Shown here piece by piece: positions 27,718-32,000 of a stretch of 32,000 nt of DNA. The position numbers were made by a program, and so were the translations under genes. The notes below the pieces were generated by a model. It searched no databases, was not told the DNA's origin, and saw only the letters and a list, made by a program, of their open reading frames with translations. The stretch is from Candidatus Kuenenia stuttgartensis (GTDB lineage Bacteria > Planctomycetota > Brocadiia > Brocadiales > Brocadiaceae). Position 1 is the stretch's first letter, and every line of letters starts with the position of its first letter. The stretch covers positions 60,001 to 92,000 of the forward strand of contig NZ_LT934425.1 in assembly GCF_900232105.1 (NCBI RefSeq). Direction: 5' to 3'.

Positions 27718-28020
27718 ATGGCCCGTCTCTTTTCCCCTCAACTCTTGCGCTCATTACGAAACGATATCCCCATCGATCGACTCATCGCTGATGTCCTCTC
27801 CATACCTCATAAATACTCCGAAGGCTATTTCCGCTTCCTCTGCCCTCTCTGTTCTGAATTTAATTCCGCCACCAACCCAAATACGAACCTCGCCAGGTGT
27901 TTCCGTTGTAAAAAAAACTTTAATACCATCGACATCGTCATGGTAGATTCCAACTCCTCTTTCCCAGATGCTGTCTATCTGCTAAAATCCGTTTTACCTC
28001 AATATATTAATTCCACTTAA
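27718..28020 (+). CDS. Small primase-type (CHC2-like) zinc-finger protein
   Basis: 100 aa. FRFLCPLCSEFNSATNPNTNLARCFRCKKNFNTIDIVM has the spacing of the DnaG/CHC2 zinc ribbon but with four Cys ligands. It is the last gene before the right transposon end. Confidence 0.55.
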   Translation: MARLFSPQLLRSLRNDIPIDRLIADVLSIPHKYSEGYFRFLCPLCSEFNSATNPNTNLARCFRCKKNFNTIDIVMVDSNSSFPDAVYLLKSVLPQYINST

Positions 28021-28052
28021 TCTGAGAATTCCAGGTTCATTTATTGTGGGGC

Positions 28053-28589
28053 TTAGCATCTTAACTCAAACAGCTTTCGCTCTATCTTTGCCTGATTCTC
28101 TGACAACCATGACAAATTATCGTACAGATTGTTCTCGTCAAACCCACGCTTCATATCCAGGACGTCACCCGCAGCATGTATCTGCGCCAGCCTTACTGCA
28201 GACAGTCTTGACCCCTGGCCTATTACCCTTGCCATTACTTGCCAAAGCGCCAGCTTTCCTTCAAAGTCCTTTCCCAATGCCTCTTCTATCCCTAATTCCT
28301 TTGCCACTTGGTACACGCTCCACGCTGCTCCCACAGACAAACCCTCATGGAGTTTCACCGATTCTGACAATGCGCCCAATGCACAGAGATCGTCTTTATG
28401 TGCGAGTGCAAGTCTTATCGCTTCAATCTCCAGGGGAGTGCAATTCGACAGATTCGCAATGGTACGTTTCTTGACCTTCCCATCCTCACGGTACGATTCC
28501 CGCAGAAGGGTAGATCGATAGATTTTTTTACCGGATTTTGACTTGTTCTCTACAATATGCATGTCCACCATTGTACAGATAACAACCAT
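28053..28589 (-). pseudogene. N-terminal stub (178 codons) of a second, different IS1634-family transposase
   Basis: MHIVENKSKSGKKIYRSTLLRESYREDGKVKKRTIANLS... parallels the N-terminus of the 624-aa transposase at 21436-23310 but is divergent. Reading stops where the transposon right end (28058) abuts, before the first catalytic Asp region. Confidence 0.7.
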
Positions 28590-28769
28590 TATCAGTCAAG
28601 TATATTGTCGTATAATAACAATATATTAGTGACTACATATTTATTAAAAATACAGCCTTAACAAACTATGTATTAAGCACTTATGCGTTTTGGCAGGGGT
28701 GAACATCCGATATAAACAAGGTGTTTCCCTCTATCAATCCAATCTCTATACAGAATTTTACATTCTGAT

Positions 28770-29132
28770 TTAACACCTGCTTTTTATCGCCTCTTTATTC
28801 TCTCTGCGAAATCTCGATATCGTACGGTAATCAGGTTTTATACCGGATACTAACCACATGAAGGATAGATTATGATAGCACGCCCTTTCCAGTCTGCGGG
28901 AACTCCTTTCCCCATAGGCATATCCATATACGATTAATTTTAAGAGCGCCCTTGGATGATACTCATGCGCACCGGCTTTATACGCATTGATCTCAAAACC
29001 CATTTCCTGAAGGTCTAAGCTCTCTATAAACGCATCATACGCCCTCACAGGATCTTCTTTTCCCACATAATCTTGTATTACCGGTGGAAAAAGTGTATTT
29101 TGATCTCTATTCCCTATAATATAGCCAAACAA
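28770..29132 (-). pseudogene. N-terminal stub (~120 codons) of an IS1182/IS5-type transposase (DUF772-like N-domain)
   Basis: ..NRDQNTLFPPVIQDYVGKEDPVRAYDAFIESLDLQEMGF...YHPRALLKLIVYGYAYGERSSRRLERACYHNLSFMWLVSG.KPDYRTISRFRREN matches the conserved N-terminal domain of IS1182-family transposases. The catalytic part is missing. Confidence 0.65.
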
Positions 29133-29935
29133 ATATGATTTTAGGAATTTGGCAATAAAATGGCTTTCTAAAAAACAGATTTATTTGACTAAGCATACTA
29201 TACAAGCACGCCCCTTAATTCCCTCTTTATAGAGAGGACTGGGAGGTGTAAATTTTTCGAAAACCTTATTTGTTTGACTATATATGCCATATTCCCCTTG
29301 TCTCCTTAGTTTAATGCAATCATGTGTGATGAAAACAAACCGTAAAATAGGTTTATCTCTTTATTTTACAAGTGGTTATGTTAGCATAAACCATACAGAT
29401 AGTCAAGGGTTTTTTGACTTTAATTTGTTGATTTATAAACACTTACGTCATTTCACCTATGTCTGGCTAAAACCTGCACACAACGACTACCTGGTGAACG
29501 GTTGTTTGGCTGAAGATAGTTTCTTATTCACCTATGTGACCTTTTTAAGCCATAAATGTTTTCATTTGACCCAGTCTGCGGAGCTTTGGAACGAGCGTTT
29601 TTTTCATAGAACTAAAGTGTTACGCTTTTTTAGATGAATCGTAACAGTTTGCTTAACAGATAGAGTGTATTCCCGATTGGGATAGTTCAGCAGCGGCAAT
29701 TCATGGAATTTTTAAAACTAAACTGTTGCGCTGAATCTTATAATTAAACTACAAATAAACCATGAATGAATATAGATAAATACTTTGTATTTCTCTAAAA
29801 CATACCATAGAATGATTAGTCTATTTGTCAGTTTTATTTCATTTTTGCGCTGTCAGTAGTTTTCAGGTTGCCATGTAATACAAGATTGCAGAAATTCAGA
29901 TATTTATTTATAGGAATAAATAGGAGTTATGGATA

Positions 29936-30502
29936 ATGGAAATAGATGTTGGCAAGGGATCAATACTTATTGCTAATCCGCAGGGCACCGATCCGAATTT
30001 TATGCAGACAGTAGTGCTAATATGCGAACATAGCAAAAGAGGGACATTGGGTTTAATATTAAACAAAACATTAGGGAAAAAAGGACAGGAAATATTTGTT
30101 TCTTCTGCCAATACCAAGACAAAGGATAAAGAAATATTTTTTGGAGGCCCTGTCGATACAAACAATATGTTCTATCTTCACGGCAACTTTAAAAATGAAA
30201 CACATAATTGTGTGAAAATATGTGAAGGGGTTTATTTAGGTTCAAATCAAGGATGTTTCAATGCGTTTATGTCTCGTAAAAATGTATCGGATAATATTTT
30301 TCGTCTTTATCTTGGCTGTGCCTGCTGGTCGGGCGGACAGCTTGAATCTGAAATTGAGACGAAGTGCTGGACGGTGGGTACCGCAACTGAAAAAATGGTA
30401 TTCTATCCTAGCCCGGATAATATATGGTGGAACATCTTACGTTCAATCAGCAGTATTGACCCTGAATTTCCCTATGATAATGCGGAACCAATACTGAACT
30501 AA
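29936..30502 (+). CDS. yqgE: YqgE/AlgH-family (UPF0301) protein
   Basis: 188 aa. GSILIANPQGTDPNFMQTVVLICEHSKRGTLGLILNK...FFGGPVDTN..FYLH...GCACWSGGQLESEI is collinear with the family. TAGGAG Shine-Dalgarno sequence 9 nt upstream. Confidence 0.8.
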   Translation: MEIDVGKGSILIANPQGTDPNFMQTVVLICEHSKRGTLGLILNKTLGKKGQEIFVSSANTKTKDKEIFFGGPVDTNNMFYLHGNFKNETHNCVKICEGVYLGSNQGCFNAFMSRKNVSDNIFRLYLGCACWSGGQLESEIETKCWTVGTATEKMVFYPSPDNIWWNILRSISSIDPEFPYDNAEPILN

Positions 30503-30547
30503 AAAACATTAATATTGAAATTCCTAAACGTTCAATTAGGGCGGATT

Positions 30548-30575
30548 GGCACGGACAAACTTGTTTGACCGTGCC
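30548..30575 (+). terminator. Near-perfect palindrome / terminator candidate after yqgE
   Basis: GGCACGGACAAAC tt GTTTGACCGTGCC is a 13-bp stem with one mismatch. A T-run (AATTTTTATTT) follows about 13 nt downstream. Confidence 0.4.
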
Positions 30576-30654
30576 ACCTTGCAACGAATTTTTATTTAAA
30601 ATGTATAAATCCTTATTATTCATCTTTTGAAAACCTTATTTGTGTGACGATAAA

Positions 30655-31107
30655 ATGAAAATTGCCATTGGATCCGACCATGCCGGTTTATGGTTAAAGA
30701 AATCATTTATAGCACATTTTGATAAACCGGAGTACCAGTTAATTGATGTAGGCACATACAGTACAGAACCGGTAGATTATCCTGATTATGCAGAAGCGGT
30801 TGGCAGAAAATTACTAGATGGGAGCGCCGATAGGGGTATTTTGATTTGCTGTAGTGGTGTTGGAGCTTCTGTTGCGGCAAACAAGATTCCTGGTATTCGT
30901 GCCGGGCTTTGCCACGATACCTATTCTGCTCACCAGGGCGTGGAACATGATGATATGAACATACTTGTGCTTGGCGCATGTATAGTAGGATTAAAACTAG
31001 CCATTGAACTCGTCCAGTCATTCTTAGGCGCCACATTTAACGGAGAAGAACGTCACAAGAGAAGAGTAGGGAAAATTGAATCTATTGAAAAACGTTACAA
31101 AGGCTAA
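30655..31107 (+). CDS. rpiB: Ribose-5-phosphate isomerase B (RpiB/LacA/LacB family)
   Basis: MKIAIGSDHAGLWLKK...DYPDYAEAV...ADRGILICCSGVGASVAANKIPGIRAGLCHDTYSAHQGVEHDDMNILVLG is collinear with RpiB. ATG at 30655 is preferred over the upstream TTG of the ORF track (30640). Confidence 0.85.
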   Translation: MKIAIGSDHAGLWLKKSFIAHFDKPEYQLIDVGTYSTEPVDYPDYAEAVGRKLLDGSADRGILICCSGVGASVAANKIPGIRAGLCHDTYSAHQGVEHDDMNILVLGACIVGLKLAIELVQSFLGATFNGEERHKRRVGKIESIEKRYKG

Positions 31108-31151
31108 TTACTTAAATTGTATTGTTTATGCTTCTATGAAAGGGGGGGACG

Positions 31152-31631
31152 GTGAATAATAACGTATTTAAACGTGCATGCCGCAATGTATTATTTATAA
31201 TGATGTTGTTTTTATGCTGTGAAACAACCTATGCCAATGAAATTAGCCGCATTAATCTTGATGATTTGGAAAATATTATTTCTGACAATAAAGGGAAGGT
31301 GGTTCTGGTAAATATGTGGGCAACATGGTGTCCATACTGCAGAAAAGAATTGCCAGGATTTAGCAGTTTACAAAAAAAATACAATGGCAAGATAGAAATT
31401 ATTGGGATTGCTTTCGATGAAAACGGTGATCAAACAGTACCGACATTTTTAAGAAAATGGAACGTAACATATACAAATTATCTTGCAGGGGAGGATCTTA
31501 CTTCAGGATTTAGTTTACTGGGATTTCCAACAACAATTATATACGATACAAACGGAAAAGAAGTTAACAAACACATCGGCTATGTATCAGAACAGGATTT
31601 TGAAAAAGAGATTAATGAAATATTGGAATAA
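31152..31631 (+). CDS. Exported TlpA/ResA-like thiol:disulfide oxidoreductase (thioredoxin fold)
   Basis: 159 aa, GTG start after AAAGGGGGGG. Signal-like N-terminus, VLVNMWATWCPYCRKELP (WCxxC) active site, and the GFPTTIIYD cis-Pro loop. Confidence 0.75.
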   Translation: MNNNVFKRACRNVLFIMMLFLCCETTYANEISRINLDDLENIISDNKGKVVLVNMWATWCPYCRKELPGFSSLQKKYNGKIEIIGIAFDENGDQTVPTFLRKWNVTYTNYLAGEDLTSGFSLLGFPTTIIYDTNGKEVNKHIGYVSEQDFEKEINEILE

Positions 31632-31785
31632 ATCTGATCTGCAGAGATTTTAAATATGAAATTGCTGGAGACGATGTAAAAGGGTTCTTCGCATATAATG
31701 GGATTGATATTGTTGGCGTTGTAAATGCCCAAGGGGCTGTTCCTTGTACAATTAGTTAACCAAAAATCGGGAATGCTCCTGTTGT

Positions 31786-31986
31786 TCAAACTATGTCCCC
31801 CGCTGGCGGGGGTGCAGGGGGTGGACTGTATTTCTCCATCGATTCAACTACCCCTTTTATTATGAAAATAAATTTGACCCTCTTTCCCACGCCCAGCAGA
31901 CTGGTCAGATGGACAATTTTATCCTGTTTCGTGACATGCATTCCCGCAGAACGTAGGAATGAGAAGAAAAATTTATGGCTATTCAT
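31786..31986 (-). CDS. Possible small protein with a Pro-rich C-terminus
   Basis: 66-aa ORF whose ATG (31984-31986) sits 8 nt downstream of a GGGAGG (the reverse complement of the last bases of the window). No family recognised. The C-terminus PPPAPPPAG is encoded by a GC-rich hairpin-forming stretch. Confidence 0.25.
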   Translation of the reverse strand: MNSHKFFFSFLRSAGMHVTKQDKIVHLTSLLGVGKRVKFIFIIKGVVESMEKYSPPPAPPPAGDIV

Positions 31987-32000
31987 ATTATAAACCTCCC

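Larger units (their letters stand above)
24269..28058 (+). mobile_element. Four-gene Mu/Tn552/Tn5053-superfamily transposon (3790 bp)
   Basis: The ends are TGCTACGTCTTAGAATAAATGCTCC... (24269-) and ...GGTTCATTTATTGTGGGGCTTAGCA (-28058). These are TG..CA termini with an imperfect ~27-bp IR (TGCTA.G.C..A.AATAAATG..CC). By eye the interior is more G+C-rich than the flanks. All four genes have AAGGAGG-type Shine-Dalgarno sequences and are tightly packed. The left flank is IS1380 sequence and the right flank is an IS1634-family stub, so no target duplication can be read. Confidence 0.75.

Noticed and set aside
28046-28521. 142-aa and 130-aa plus-strand ORFs.
   Set aside because: They are antisense to the recognisable IS1634-family N-terminal stub and have Pro/Ser/Leu-rich, low-information translations.
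29284-29637. 117-aa ORF in the yqgE upstream region.
   Set aside because: It has no Shine-Dalgarno sequence, is AT-rich, is interrupted by repeat motifs and matches no family. It is treated as non-coding.
31580-31789. 69-aa minus-strand ORF overlapping the 3' end of the TlpA-like gene.
   Set aside because: It has a TTG start without a Shine-Dalgarno sequence, is antisense to a well-supported gene, and gives an Asn/Ile-rich, low-information translation.
1-32000. Search for CRISPR arrays, rRNA genes, reverse transcriptase/retron or DGR template-variable repeat pairs, and toxin-antitoxin pairs.
   Set aside because: No regularly spaced direct repeats, no rRNA-like conserved blocks, no YxDD-type RT motif in any ORF, and no small adjacent two-gene modules with recognisable toxin folds were seen.

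Overview
AT-rich bacterial chromosomal window; the taxon cannot be assigned from sequence alone. Ordinary housekeeping genes make up four blocks. Block 1 is 1-4650 (GT2, fabG, SplB-like radical SAM). Block 2 is 6069-6539 (bacterioferritin). Block 3 is 9087-17700 (tRNA-Leu(CAG), smpB, receiver protein, PBP4/DacB, methyltransferase, ugd, IspH fusion, DUF502). Block 4 is 29936-31631 (yqgE/algH, rpiB, TlpA-like redoxin). Between them lie decay and mobile-element zones. Zone (a), 4813-8668, holds a multiply-lesioned PAS-GGDEF pseudogene, an SDR fragment, an unexplained repeat pair, and an intact IS1380-family element with a TTGTA target duplication. Zone (b), 17743-29280, is an 11.5-kb mobile-element graveyard. 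It contains an HD-GYP pseudogene cut by a dead IS630-family element, a Y1-transposase-like remnant, and a Firmicute-type secondary alcohol dehydrogenase with a CxxH/CxxC mini-protein. It also contains an intact IS1634-like element, a doubly truncated identical copy of the IS1380 element, IS1634- and IS1182-family stubs, and a 3.8-kb more G+C-rich four-gene Mu/Tn552-type transposon (24269-28058). That transposon has TG...CA imperfect inverted repeats, two zinc-ribbon accessory genes and a structured leader. The observations most worth follow-up are the four-gene transposon and its leader, the IspH fusion to a UbiA-like membrane domain with a degenerate first Asp-rich motif, the IS-bracketed adh island, and a family of short foldback/dispersed repeats at pseudogene truncation points. 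No CRISPR array, rRNA, or recognisable defence or toxin-antitoxin module was seen.
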